Assembly (NCBI GenBank): GCA_040830765.1
Contig: JBFOMH010000004.1
Coordinates: 192,001-256,000 of the forward strand
Source: Puniceicoccaceae bacterium
Lineage (GTDB): Bacteria > Verrucomicrobiota > Verrucomicrobiia > Opitutales > Oceanipulchritudinaceae
Length of the DNA stretch: 64,000 bases
Direction: 5' to 3'
In this document: in pieces, positions 1-9,276 of the stretch
Numbering within the stretch: the first letter of the stretch is position 1
Layout of the letters: each line of letters starts with the position of its first letter
Translations under genes and position numbers: made by a program
The notes under the pieces: model-generated
Database searches by the model: none
The model's input: only the letters and a program-made list of their open reading frames with translations
Told to the model about the DNA's origin: nothing

Positions 1-870
1 ATCTTCCTGTCCGCAAAGGGTGAGCGGGAGGAAATCGTCGCCGGTTTCAAGTCCGGCGCCATCGACTACATCGTCAAGCCCTTCCACCCTTCAGAGAGCC
101 TGACCCGGATCCGCACCCATCTGCGGGTCAAGAAACTGGCTGAGCTGCGGGAGCGGCACATCCTTGAACTGAAGCACCTCAACAAGACAAAGGACCGTGT
201 CCTGCGGATCGCTTCCCATGACTTGCGCAACCCAGTGGCTGCCATTGCCGGCCTGGCCGAATTTCTCAAGGACGACTGCAGTAACTTGACCGAAGGCCAG
301 CAGGAAATCGTCGATTGCATTGAGGAAGCCGGGAAAAGCGTGGTCCTCCTCTTGAACGAGCTATTGGACATTTCCTCCCTCGACAGTGGAAAGGTTGAGT
401 TGATCCGGGAAGAGCTGAACCTTTGTGAATTGGTTCGCAACCTGGTGCCGCTTTTCCGCGGCGAAGCCGAGCGCAAGGACCTCGTCCTGACTTTCAATTG
501 CACCCCGGATATTCCCAAGACCTCCATCGACCGTCAGCAGATTCGCCGGGTGGTCGATAATCTGCTCAGTAATGCGCTGAAGTTTACGCCGTCAGGGGGA
601 CAAATTTCCGTCCGAGTCCGCAAGGACAAAAAGGGCGTCGCTCTCGATGTTGAAGATACAGGTCCCGGTATTCCGGAGAAAGAAGCCGACCGGCTCTTTG
701 TCGAATTTGGCAAGACCTCCAATATTCCGACAGGCGGGGAGAAAAGCACCGGTCTCGGCTTGTCCATCTGCCACCGGATTGTCACCGCCCACAATGGCTC
801 CATTGATTTTGAGAATTTACCTGAAGGAGGCACTCGCTTCAGTGTAATCCTGCCAGCTATAGAATCCTAG
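1..870 (+). CDS. Hybrid response regulator/histidine kinase (REC-HisKA-HATPase), 5'-truncated by window edge
   Basis: Frame 1 is open from base 1: IFLSAK...GAIDYIVKPF (receiver C-term), H-box ASHDLRNP, N-box NLLSNALKFT, G-boxes DTGPGI and TGLGL. Confidence 0.92.
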   Translation: MFLSAKGEREEIVAGFKSGAIDYIVKPFHPSESLTRIRTHLRVKKLAELRERHILELKHLNKTKDRVLRIASHDLRNPVAAIAGLAEFLKDDCSNLTEGQQEIVDCIEEAGKSVVLLLNELLDISSLDSGKVELIREELNLCELVRNLVPLFRGEAERKDLVLTFNCTPDIPKTSIDRQQIRRVVDNLLSNALKFTPSGGQISVRVRKDKKGVALDVEDTGPGIPEKEADRLFVEFGKTSNIPTGGEKSTGLGLSICHRIVTAHNGSIDFENLPEGGTRFSVILPAIES

Positions 871-901
871 GAGAGTTCATCGTAATTCTTCCTATCCTCC
901 C

Positions 902-930
902 AAAACGGAAGGCGGCCTCCCTTCCGTTTT
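902..930. terminator. Probable bidirectional intrinsic terminator
   Basis: AAAACGGAAGG / CCTTCCGTTTT perfect 11-bp inverted repeat between convergent genes. Confidence 0.75.
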
Positions 931-2392
931 ATTTTTGGAGGTTTTCGAAAACTTGGCGCACAGCCGTTTTGTAGGACAGTTCCTGGCCTGTCTTTTGCCG
1001 ATGATGGTGCTGGGCATGGCGGGCGGCCCGGTCGATGAGCTTGTAGTTGCTCGGCTTGACCTTGGTCATGAGATTACTCTCAAAAAGCCTCATTCGGCCC
1101 ATCACAAGCGTGCTCTGGAGGTTGAGACAGGTCTTGAGATAGAGGTGTTTCAGGAGGAGGGGCGTATTTTCCAGCCCCAGATCATGGCTGTGCCCGGCAA
1201 ACTCGAGAATACCCGAGTGGCCATGGACAAGGTAGGGATATTGTTTTTTGCCCGGGTGCCGCCGGTCGCGCCATTCCGGTGCCTCGGCGGATATGTCATA
1301 ACCCAGAAGTCGCTCCCGGGAGGCCACTCCATTCAAAGTGGACCATTCCAGAGTTCGGGGTTGACGATGAAGGAGCTGCTCCCAAGCCGCTTCACTATTT
1401 CTCGCCTCCGGGAGGGAGAGGTAACAAAGGCTTCCCGGATCATCCGGAAGGTTCCGGTTTTCAAACGGGGCCAGTGAAAAGGTTGGTGAGCGCTCCGTGG
1501 TATCGGTGAGGACGGTGACCCCGTAACGGTCGGTCTGGTAGAGGAGCAGGTCTCCTTTTTCATAGATATTGGCCTCCGCCTCAATGAACGGGGCCAGCCA
1601 GCCGGGATCGTGGGCGTGAATCATGCCCGCAAAAGACCGGATCAGCGCCAGTGCGTCTCCCTGTCCCAAAGCTTCGCTGAGGGCGGCTCCGGCCACGAGC
1701 ATTTGGATCGTGGTCGCCTGGAGGCGGGTGCTACCCGCCAGCGCCATGGGACCGGTGTTGAGGAAAAAACTCCGGACGGAAGGGTGCTCCAGGACAGCCC
1801 GGGAACGGTCGGTCAGGCGGCACAGCAGATCCGGCGGATTGCAAAAGAAAAACCATGGCTGGCGACTTGCTACCTCGGCCGCCTTGAGGCAGGCCCCGAT
1901 GACCCAGGGTGTCTCGCCTCCCTCGGTAATTGCCAGCAGCAGGTCCCCGGGGCCAAAACCGTTCTCCATGAGCTGTCGCTCGCCGTACTCGGGATAGTCC
2001 TCAAAAGCCTCGATGGACTTTATCAGCGCGCCATCCCCACCAGCCATGAAACTGACGATTCGGTCGTCGTCTCCCTTGGAGAGCCATTCCTCCCGGGCTA
2101 GGGTCTCCAGGGAAAGGGCCAGACGGCCGGTGGCGCCACAGCCGGCAATGAAAAACCGGCCTCCACCTTCCAATGTTTCCCTCAGGGAGTTTACCAGCTC
2201 CGGAAGAGGATCCATGTATTCCTCAAGCTGGGTCATCGCCTGCCGGTCGACCCGATGGAAGGCTTCAATGGCCTCCAGGAGGTTGTTTTGCGCCAGCTCG
2301 GCAAGTCCGACAGTTTCCGGGTGGGGCTGTTCCGTAACCAACTCACCCAGGCGGAACTGGTCGCACACGTTGAGGAAATCCTCAGGATTCAT
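929..2392 (-). CDS. SIS-domain protein, MurQ / glucokinase-regulatory-protein-like
   Basis: LVTEQPHP, GCGATGRL, AGSTRLQAT and SNYKLIDRA motifs resemble MurQ/GKRP; longer than typical MurQ; start set at ATG of MNPEDF. Confidence 0.75.
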   Translation of the reverse strand: MNPEDFLNVCDQFRLGELVTEQPHPETVGLAELAQNNLLEAIEAFHRVDRQAMTQLEEYMDPLPELVNSLRETLEGGGRFFIAGCGATGRLALSLETLAREEWLSKGDDDRIVSFMAGGDGALIKSIEAFEDYPEYGERQLMENGFGPGDLLLAITEGGETPWVIGACLKAAEVASRQPWFFFCNPPDLLCRLTDRSRAVLEHPSVRSFFLNTGPMALAGSTRLQATTIQMLVAGAALSEALGQGDALALIRSFAGMIHAHDPGWLAPFIEAEANIYEKGDLLLYQTDRYGVTVLTDTTERSPTFSLAPFENRNLPDDPGSLCYLSLPEARNSEAAWEQLLHRQPRTLEWSTLNGVASRERLLGYDISAEAPEWRDRRHPGKKQYPYLVHGHSGILEFAGHSHDLGLENTPLLLKHLYLKTCLNLQSTLVMGRMRLFESNLMTKVKPSNYKLIDRAARHAQHHHRQKTGQELSYKTAVRQVFENLQK

Positions 2393-2494
2393 TGCCCGAT
2401 TGTGGAAATTCACCGCTCAATCGTCGAGGAATTCCGCAAGCTACCGTTCAGCAATGGAATTGACCTCGCGTTAGAACAGACGACCTTGGAGGGG

Positions 2495-3295
2495 ATGATC
2501 CTGATAGTCACAGCCCTGATGGTAGAGGCCCGGCCGATCCGGGACCATCTTGGACTGTCTGCACTGGGCAGTGAGCCCTTTCCGGTCTTCTGCGGGGAGC
2601 AGGCCACTCTTGTGGTCAGTGGAACCGGCTCGCTCAAGTCCAGTGCGGCCACCGCCTGGGCGATGGCCCGCTTCCCGGACATCCGGGCCGCCGTGAATGT
2701 GGGCTTTGCCGGGGCGCCATTAGCGATCTCCCCGCTCTATCGCTGGCACCTCATTCATTCTGTCCGCGACCAATCCAGTGGCCGGCTCTATATCCCCGAC
2801 ATTCTTGTCCAGCATGGATTCCCGGAAGCAAACCTGTTGACCTGTGGACAGGCGGTGCGGGATGAGAGCGGCTTGAATGGGCTGGTGGACATGGAAGGAA
2901 GTGGATTTTACGAGGCTGCCCGTCAGTTTCTTTCTCCCGACCGCATCGCATTGCTGAAGTGGGTTTCCGATCACCTCGGGGGGAAACTGGACATGGACGC
3001 TCTTGATCAGCCTTACCGGGAGGCAATGGGACCGTTGGCGGAATTCCTCCACAATTGGGCCCCGCTGGAGAAGGCAAGAGAATCTGAATCCAGTCCGGCA
3101 ATCCTCGAGACGGTTAAAACGCGGCTGCGCCTGAGCCAGACCCAGGAAAAGTTCCTTGATAAATGGGTTCGTGGATACCTTTCCCGGGGAGGCGAGGAAA
3201 GTCGCTTAATGGAGGTCCTGCCGGAAAAAGCGCTCACCGCGAAACGCGAGAATAACCGGTACTTCGAAATTTTGAAAGATGTACTCAAAGGCTAA
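2495..3295 (+). CDS. Nucleoside phosphorylase / MTA-SAH nucleosidase-like protein
   Basis: ALMVEA, SGTG, NVGFAG, VDMEGSGF, KWVSD motifs of the PNP/UDP fold; GGAGGG RBS just before ATG 2495. Confidence 0.8.
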   Translation: MILIVTALMVEARPIRDHLGLSALGSEPFPVFCGEQATLVVSGTGSLKSSAATAWAMARFPDIRAAVNVGFAGAPLAISPLYRWHLIHSVRDQSSGRLYIPDILVQHGFPEANLLTCGQAVRDESGLNGLVDMEGSGFYEAARQFLSPDRIALLKWVSDHLGGKLDMDALDQPYREAMGPLAEFLHNWAPLEKARESESSPAILETVKTRLRLSQTQEKFLDKWVRGYLSRGGEESRLMEVLPEKALTAKRENNRYFEILKDVLKG

Positions 3296-4292
3296 AACCT
3301 TTTCCCACGTCTATGTGGAAGACGGCCTTCAGGGACATCCGCGCGCCGGGGCCATCCTGGCCCGGTTTCCTTCCGCGGAAGTTGTGCCCGTGGATGATTA
3401 CCAGAATGTCTTTGGGCGGGGGCGTCAGGACTTCTGGAAGCAAAAGGCCAGCCCAAAGCTGATCCTGGCCCGCAAAAAGGATAATTTCCTTTATCGCGGA
3501 AATCCCTTCCTGCAGGCCAACCTGTCACCGAATTTCAGCTACAATGCAATGGTCCTGAATTGTCCCTACGACTGCCATTACTGTTATTTGCAGGGACTCT
3601 ACAACGGGGCTAATATCGTCGCCTTTGTTAACCTGGAAGACTTCTTTACAGCCGCCGCCACGGCCTGCGAACAGCGCCCGGCCCCGGACGAGCCGATGCC
3701 GCTGGCCATTTCCTACGATACCGATTTGCTGGCCCTCGAAGGACTGCTGGGATTCGCCGGGGAATGGGTTGAATGGGTGCGGCACCAGCCGGACATCCTG
3801 ATTGAGATCCGGACCAAGAGTGCCCCAGGGAGTTTTCTGCGCTCAGTTGCGCCAACGCCGCCAGCCCGGTTGGCATGGACCCTTTCACCGGACAGCATCG
3901 CCCGTCGCTACGAATCCGGGGCCCCCTCCCTGAAGTTGCGGTTGAAAGCAATGAATGACGCCGCTGCCCTCGGCTGGAGGATGACCCTGTGCATCGATCC
4001 AATCCTCAATTTACCCAATGCGGTCGATATCTATCGTGATTTCGTCAAGCAACTGGCCGAGGAAGCCCCCTGGCACGCCATTGAGCGAGTTGAGCTGGGT
4101 GTGTTTCGCGTCAGTTCCGCCTATTTCAAGCGGATGCTCAGCCGACCCGGAACGGACCTCTTGCATTATCCCTATGAGCATGCTAGCAAGGTCGTTTCTT
4201 ATAATAAGAAAGAGCGGGAGGACCTGGTGGATGCTGTACAGTCCGGGCTCCTGGCAACAATTTCCAAGGAAAAGATATTTATATGGACATAG
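3279..4292 (+). CDS. Spore photoproduct lyase (SPL)-family radical SAM protein
   Basis: NCPYDCHYCYLQG CxxxCxxC motif, EIRTKS, AWTLSP and YESGAPSL motifs typical of SplB-like proteins. Confidence 0.88.
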   Translation: MYSKAKTFSHVYVEDGLQGHPRAGAILARFPSAEVVPVDDYQNVFGRGRQDFWKQKASPKLILARKKDNFLYRGNPFLQANLSPNFSYNAMVLNCPYDCHYCYLQGLYNGANIVAFVNLEDFFTAAATACEQRPAPDEPMPLAISYDTDLLALEGLLGFAGEWVEWVRHQPDILIEIRTKSAPGSFLRSVAPTPPARLAWTLSPDSIARRYESGAPSLKLRLKAMNDAAALGWRMTLCIDPILNLPNAVDIYRDFVKQLAEEAPWHAIERVELGVFRVSSAYFKRMLSRPGTDLLHYPYEHASKVVSYNKKEREDLVDAVQSGLLATISKEKIFIWT

Positions 4293-5548
4293 CGATCGTG
4301 ACCGGCGCCTCAAGCTCGCTTGGGCTGGCCATTTCAAGACGATTGATTCAACTCGGATTCAGGGTTTACGGCCTTGGCGGTGACTACAAGGATTGCCCCT
4401 TGAACAACGTCAATTTCCGTCCCATGGCCTGTGATCTGGGCGATCCCGCTGCCGTTGAAACCGCCTGCCGCAAGATTGTTGAGGCGGAAAAGGGGGTATT
4501 TCTGGTCGTTAACAACGCCAAATATTTCGGGCAGAACCTCTTCATGGAGATGAGCACTCCGGAGATTGAGCGCATCCTGCGCATCAACCTCCTTTGCCCC
4601 CTGGTGATTGTCCGGACGCTCGCGGAAAGCCTTAAGGAGCTCCAGGGATACATCATCCAGCTGGGAACCCCTTATGCCGAGACCAGCCGTGGCGGCGCCG
4701 CTGGAGCGGCAGCTTCCGGTGGCCTCAAGTGGATGGGGGACTTGCTCTTTCACGAGCTGCGCCAGCACGGTGTGAAAGTGTGCCACCTTTCCCCTGAACC
4801 CAACCGGGGACGCGATGTTCCGCGCAAGGGGCGTCCCGGTGCCCGGCCGGAAGCGGTCATCGATCCCGAGGCTGTTGCCCAGGCGGTTGAGCAGATCCTG
4901 CAAAGCCCGTTTGGGAATGTTGTCACGGAGATGATTTTACGGCCCCTTCGGGTTGATGAGCCGGACCATGATCCCGTTCGGGAAATTCCCTATCCGGATC
5001 CAAAGCCAATCCCCTACACCGTTCCGCGGGAGTTCATTGAGGCCGAGGAACAGTTGGAAGAGGAAGAGTACCAGAAGGAGCAGCAGAAGAAACGGAAACG
5101 CCGCCAGGCCAAGAAGAAAGCTGCCAAACCGGCCAAGTCCTCTGCGCCAAAGGACAAGCCAGCGAAACAGGCCGATGAGCCCAAGGCCACCGAGGAAGCG
5201 CCCAAGTCAAGGCGCCGGGGCGGACGCAAGCCAAGGCCGCCCAAGGTTGAGGTCGGCTTTATGGATTCCAAGCAGCAGAAGGGTGACGATACTCCGCCAG
5301 CCGATAAGGCTGAAAAAGACAAGCCCGCCCGCAAATCCACTCGCAAGAAGGGTAAGTCCCCTGCCCGCAAATCAGCCAGGAAACAGGCCACGAAGGGTTC
5401 AGTGAAGGAGGATTCCAGCCAACCAGCCAGGAAGACTGCTCGCAAGGCGGTTAAAAAGGCGGCCAGGAAGTCGACAAAAAAAGCTGCCCGCAAACGACCA
5501 GCCAAAAAAGTTGCCCGAAAGGGTGAAAAAGGAAAAGAAACTGCTTAA
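4283..5548 (+). CDS. Degenerate SDR-fold protein fused to Lys/Arg/Ala-rich histone-H1-like tail
   Basis: N-term IVTGASSSLG, CDL, VVNNAK, ELRQHGVKV show the SDR scaffold; C-term has repeated KKAARK-like units. Confidence 0.82.
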   Translation: MDIAIVTGASSSLGLAISRRLIQLGFRVYGLGGDYKDCPLNNVNFRPMACDLGDPAAVETACRKIVEAEKGVFLVVNNAKYFGQNLFMEMSTPEIERILRINLLCPLVIVRTLAESLKELQGYIIQLGTPYAETSRGGAAGAAASGGLKWMGDLLFHELRQHGVKVCHLSPEPNRGRDVPRKGRPGARPEAVIDPEAVAQAVEQILQSPFGNVVTEMILRPLRVDEPDHDPVREIPYPDPKPIPYTVPREFIEAEEQLEEEEYQKEQQKKRKRRQAKKKAAKPAKSSAPKDKPAKQADEPKATEEAPKSRRRGGRKPRPPKVEVGFMDSKQQKGDDTPPADKAEKDKPARKSTRKKGKSPARKSARKQATKGSVKEDSSQPARKTARKAVKKAARKSTKKAARKRPAKKVARKGEKGKETA

Positions 5549-5557
5549 ATTCGAGTT

Positions 5558-5935
5558 ATGCTACTAAACCTCCTACCGCAACGACTAGCCGTTATTCATT
5601 TCGAGCCGGATGCCAAAATCCCCGACTGGAGCATGAAAGCCGAGTTTTTCTCCATTACCCGGACGCCGGATGAGGTATCCATATTTTGTGACAGCGCCGT
5701 CATGCCGGATCATCCCGACAAGATTGACGGGTGGAGGGCCTTCCGGGTTGCCGGCCAGCTGGAGCTGAGCCTGACCGGAGTGATATCCACCTTGGCTGTG
5801 CCCCTTGCGGCCAAGCAGATACCGGTGTTTTCCATCTCGACTCATGACACGGATTACATGCTGGTCCGGGAAGACCAACTGGAGGATGCCATCGACGTGC
5901 TGAGGCGGGCCGGCCACAGCTTCAACATGGCCTGA
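5558..5935 (+). CDS. ACT-domain protein (ACT_7/CASTOR-like)
   Basis: FFSITRTPDEVSI, GWRAFRVAG, IPVFSISTHDTDYMLV. Confidence 0.85.
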   Translation: MLLNLLPQRLAVIHFEPDAKIPDWSMKAEFFSITRTPDEVSIFCDSAVMPDHPDKIDGWRAFRVAGQLELSLTGVISTLAVPLAAKQIPVFSISTHDTDYMLVREDQLEDAIDVLRRAGHSFNMA

Positions 5936-6016
5936 GGGGACGAAAATCAGTTGAAATTCCCCAAAATTTATTGATGGTATGGTCGCTTTTTAAGTGACGA
6001 AATGCCCGTTTGAACA

Positions 6017-6643
6017 ATGAGCGAGAAAGAAGACAAGACACCTGATATTTTAGAGGACGCACCTGAGGCCGAGCCGGTTTCTGAGGCTGTCTCCGAATCG
6101 GCAGAGTCTGTGACGAAGGATGCGGCGACCACCGAGATGCCATCCATTTCAGCGGAGGAGCTCAGTGGCCTTCTGCAGAAACTGGAGGAAGCCACCGGTG
6201 AGATTAACACCCAGAAGGAGCGCTACCTGCGCACGGTGGCGGACCTCGAGAATTACCGCAAGCGGGCGGTCCGCGAGAAGGAAGAAGCCCGTAAACAAGC
6301 GGCCTGTAGTCTTCTGGAAGATCTCCTGCCGATCCTCGACCACTTCCAGTTGGGTCTGAAGTCGGCTGAAGAGCACGAGGGCGGAAAGGCCTTCGCGGAG
6401 GGTTTCCGGATGATTCTCAAGCAGATGGAAGCGGCCCTGAAGCAAAACGGGCTGGAGGAGATAAACCCGGAAGGCGAAGCCTTTGACCCGAATTTTCATG
6501 AATCCATCGCCCACCTTCCCCATGAGTCGATAGGGGATGGGCACATTATCGAGGTGCACCGGGTCGGGTACCGCCTCAATGAGCGCCTCCTGCGGCCGGC
6601 TCAGGTTGTTGTTTCCAGTGGTGCAACAGAGGAGGATGCCTGA
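6017..6643 (+). CDS. grpE: Nucleotide exchange factor GrpE
   Basis: ADLENYRKR, LLPILD, FDPNFHE, GYRLNERLLRPAQVVV. Confidence 0.97.
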   Translation: MSEKEDKTPDILEDAPEAEPVSEAVSESAESVTKDAATTEMPSISAEELSGLLQKLEEATGEINTQKERYLRTVADLENYRKRAVREKEEARKQAACSLLEDLLPILDHFQLGLKSAEEHEGGKAFAEGFRMILKQMEAALKQNGLEEINPEGEAFDPNFHESIAHLPHESIGDGHIIEVHRVGYRLNERLLRPAQVVVSSGATEEDA

Positions 6644-6659
6644 ACCGGCATCCGGTTGA

Positions 6660-7808
6660 ATGATGGCTAAAGAGGATTATTACGAATTGCTGGGCGTCGG
6701 GCGCGATGCTTCCGCGGAGGAAATAAAGAAGGCCTACCGCAAGAAGGCCGTGCAGTACCACCCGGACAAGCACAAGGGCGACAAGGCCATGGAGGAGAAG
6801 TTTAAGGAAGTCTCCGAGGCTTATGAGGTGCTCAAGGATGCTGACAAGAAGGCTGCCTACGACCGTTACGGGCATGCCGCCTTTGAGCAGGGCGGTGCCG
6901 GGATGAGGGGCGCCGGGGGAGGCTTCCACGATCCCTTTGATATTTTTCGTGAAGTCTTTGGCGGAAGTGCCTTTGATGATTTCTTTGGTGGTGGCGGAGG
7001 CTCCCGTGGTGGCGGCAGTGCTTCCCAGTCCGGCTCGGACCTTCGTTACGATATCGAAATTTCGCTGGTCGAAGCCTTCAAGGGAGTGGAAAAGGAAATT
7101 TCCTATCGCACCGCTGGGTCCTGTGACAGTTGCAACGGCTCAGGGGCCGAGCCCGGCTCAAAAGTAGTCACCTGCTCCACTTGTGGTGGCGCTGGCCGGG
7201 TGATCAGCTCGCGGGGCTTCTTCCAGGTCCAGCAGGTATGTCCAAACTGTAATGGCGCCGGACGCATGCCGGAGTCGCGCTGTCGCAATTGCGGGGGAGA
7301 AGGCCGCATCAACAAGAACAAGACGGTCAAGATCAAGGTCCCGGCGGGCATTTCCACCGGCCAAAAGCTGCGTTCCGCGGGCAACGGCGAGGCCGGGGTC
7401 ATGGGTGGGCCGGCAGGTGACCTCTATGTCGTGGTCCATGTGAAGGACCACCCGATTTTTGAGCGCCAGGGCGACGACCTCTATTGTGACGTGCCGGTTA
7501 AGTTCACACTCGCGGCTCTCGGGGGGACGATTGAGGTACCGACCCTCTCCAACAGCAGTGGTTTTGTTTCCTTGAAAATCCCCGCCGGTACCCAGGACGG
7601 GACGGTCTTCAAGCTGCGGGATCGTGGAATGCCGCATCTCCGCACCTCGACCAAGGGCAACCAGTTTGTCCGTGTCCACATCGAGGTCCCGAAAAAACTG
7701 AGTGCCGAGCAACGGGAGCTGCTGGAAAAGTTTGCCAAAGCCTGTGGCGATACCGACCATCCGGTTGAGGAAAGTTTCTGGGAAAAGGCCAAGAAGATTT
7801 TTGATTAG
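6660..7808 (+). CDS. dnaJ: Chaperone DnaJ
   Basis: J-domain with HPD, G/F-rich linker, four CxxCxGxG zinc-finger repeats. Confidence 0.98.
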   Translation: MMAKEDYYELLGVGRDASAEEIKKAYRKKAVQYHPDKHKGDKAMEEKFKEVSEAYEVLKDADKKAAYDRYGHAAFEQGGAGMRGAGGGFHDPFDIFREVFGGSAFDDFFGGGGGSRGGGSASQSGSDLRYDIEISLVEAFKGVEKEISYRTAGSCDSCNGSGAEPGSKVVTCSTCGGAGRVISSRGFFQVQQVCPNCNGAGRMPESRCRNCGGEGRINKNKTVKIKVPAGISTGQKLRSAGNGEAGVMGGPAGDLYVVVHVKDHPIFERQGDDLYCDVPVKFTLAALGGTIEVPTLSNSSGFVSLKIPAGTQDGTVFKLRDRGMPHLRTSTKGNQFVRVHIEVPKKLSAEQRELLEKFAKACGDTDHPVEESFWEKAKKIFD

Positions 7809-7816
7809 GAGGTAGC

Positions 7817-8398
7817 ATGCGGTTTGTCATTCTAGGATCGGGAACAGGGAGTAACGCGGAAACCCTCCTGACCGAATGGCAGGCCGGGCGACTCGGCAAG
7901 GCCGAGCCAGCAGCCATCTTCAGCGACAAGCCGGAAGCCCGCATCCTGACACTTGGCGAGCGCTATGGAGTCCCGGCAAGGTTCATTGATCCCGGTCCCT
8001 ACAAGACAAAGCTGACTCCGGAAACGGAGGCGGCCTACGTTCAGGCCATCAAGGACACTGGGGCCGACCTGGTTGTCCTGGCCGGCTTCATGCGGGTTAT
8101 CAAGAAAACCATCCTTGATGCTTTCCCGATGCAGATCATCAACCTGCACCCGAGCCTGCTCCCCAGTTTCAAGGGTCTGCACGGTATCAAGCAGGCCTTC
8201 GATTACGGGGTCAAGGTGACCGGTTGCACAGTACATTTCGTCACCGGTGAACTCGACGGTGGCCCCATTATCGATCAGCAGGTAGTTCGTATCGAGAAAA
8301 CGGATACACTGGAATCCTTAGAAGCAAAAATCCACGTCGCCGAGCATGAGCTGCTCCCATCCGTTGTCCGTCGCCTGGCAGAGGGAGGTCTCGGGTGA
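7817..8398 (+). CDS. purN: Phosphoribosylglycinamide formyltransferase
   Basis: SGTGSN, LAGFMR, INLHPSLLP, LDGGPII. Confidence 0.96.
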   Translation: MRFVILGSGTGSNAETLLTEWQAGRLGKAEPAAIFSDKPEARILTLGERYGVPARFIDPGPYKTKLTPETEAAYVQAIKDTGADLVVLAGFMRVIKKTILDAFPMQIINLHPSLLPSFKGLHGIKQAFDYGVKVTGCTVHFVTGELDGGPIIDQQVVRIEKTDTLESLEAKIHVAEHELLPSVVRRLAEGGLG

Positions 8399-9276
8399 TC
8401 GAGCTGCGACTTCCCGTCACTGCCGAATTGTCCGAGCGCCTCGAGGCGTATTTTTGCGAGGAATACCAGCAATGCTGGTCGATTGAGGAGAATTGGGAAA
8501 CGCGGGAACAGTTTCTCCGGGGTTTTTTCGAGGACAGGGAATCGCTTGAAGCGATTTTTGCCAATCTGAAGGAAATCCTTCCCGATCTGGAAGGGGAGCC
8601 GGTTATCCGCGACCTGCCGGATAGCGACTGGAAAGAGGCCTATAAGCTGCATTTCAAGCCATGGAGCGAGCGGGGCCTGCACTGGGTTCCGGTCTGGGAA
8701 CGGGACAGTTATCCATTGCCGGAGGGTGAGGAAATTGTCTACCTCGATCCGGGGATGGCCTTTGGTACGGGCAACCATGAGACCACCCGCCTTTGTGTGC
8801 GTCGCCTGCTCGATGCCCGGGACGCCTGGGGTGGGGTAGTGAAAGAGAAGCGCGTCATCGACGGAGGCTGTGGTTCCGGGATTCTCGCCATCTCCGCCCG
8901 CAAGGTGGGATTCAATGATGTATACGGCTTCGACAACGATCCGGACTCGGTCCGCATCAGCCTCGACAACGAGAAACTTTGCGACCTCGAGGGGAGCATC
9001 ACCTTCCGCTGGGCTGACCTTGTGGAGGGATTGAAAGAGGAGAGCGGTGACCTGTTACTGGTCAATATCCTCGGGAACATCCTTTGCGACCATGCGGAGC
9101 TGCTCTGCCGCTCCGTCCGGCCGGGGGGTTGGCTGGTACTGAGTGGTATCCTGGCCCGCGAAGTGGAGCAGGTGCATGTCGTCTTTGCCCCGGTGGTGGA
9201 AAGCTTTACCGGCACGCTCCCGGAAATGGATAGTCGCACCGACGGCGACTGGGCGGATTTACTTTACCGCTTCTAG
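8395..9276 (+). CDS. prmA: Ribosomal protein L11 methyltransferase
   Basis: DPGMAFGTGNHETT, DGGCGSGIL, LSGIL; downstream of dnaJ. Confidence 0.93.
   Translation: MIELRLPVTAELSERLEAYFCEEYQQCWSIEENWETREQFLRGFFEDRESLEAIFANLKEILPDLEGEPVIRDLPDSDWKEAYKLHFKPWSERGLHWVPVWERDSYPLPEGEEIVYLDPGMAFGTGNHETTRLCVRRLLDARDAWGGVVKEKRVIDGGCGSGILAISARKVGFNDVYGFDNDPDSVRISLDNEKLCDLEGSITFRWADLVEGLKEESGDLLLVNILGNILCDHAELLCRSVRPGGWLVLSGILAREVEQVHVVFAPVVESFTGTLPEMDSRTDGDWADLLYRF

Noticed and set aside
2255..2494. N-terminal extension of the nucleosidase ORF
   Set aside because: Overlaps the divergent SIS gene; a strong RBS and the fold start support ATG 2495
5936..6016. CIRCE operator upstream of grpE
   Set aside because: No TTAGCACTC-N9-GAGTGCTAA match seen
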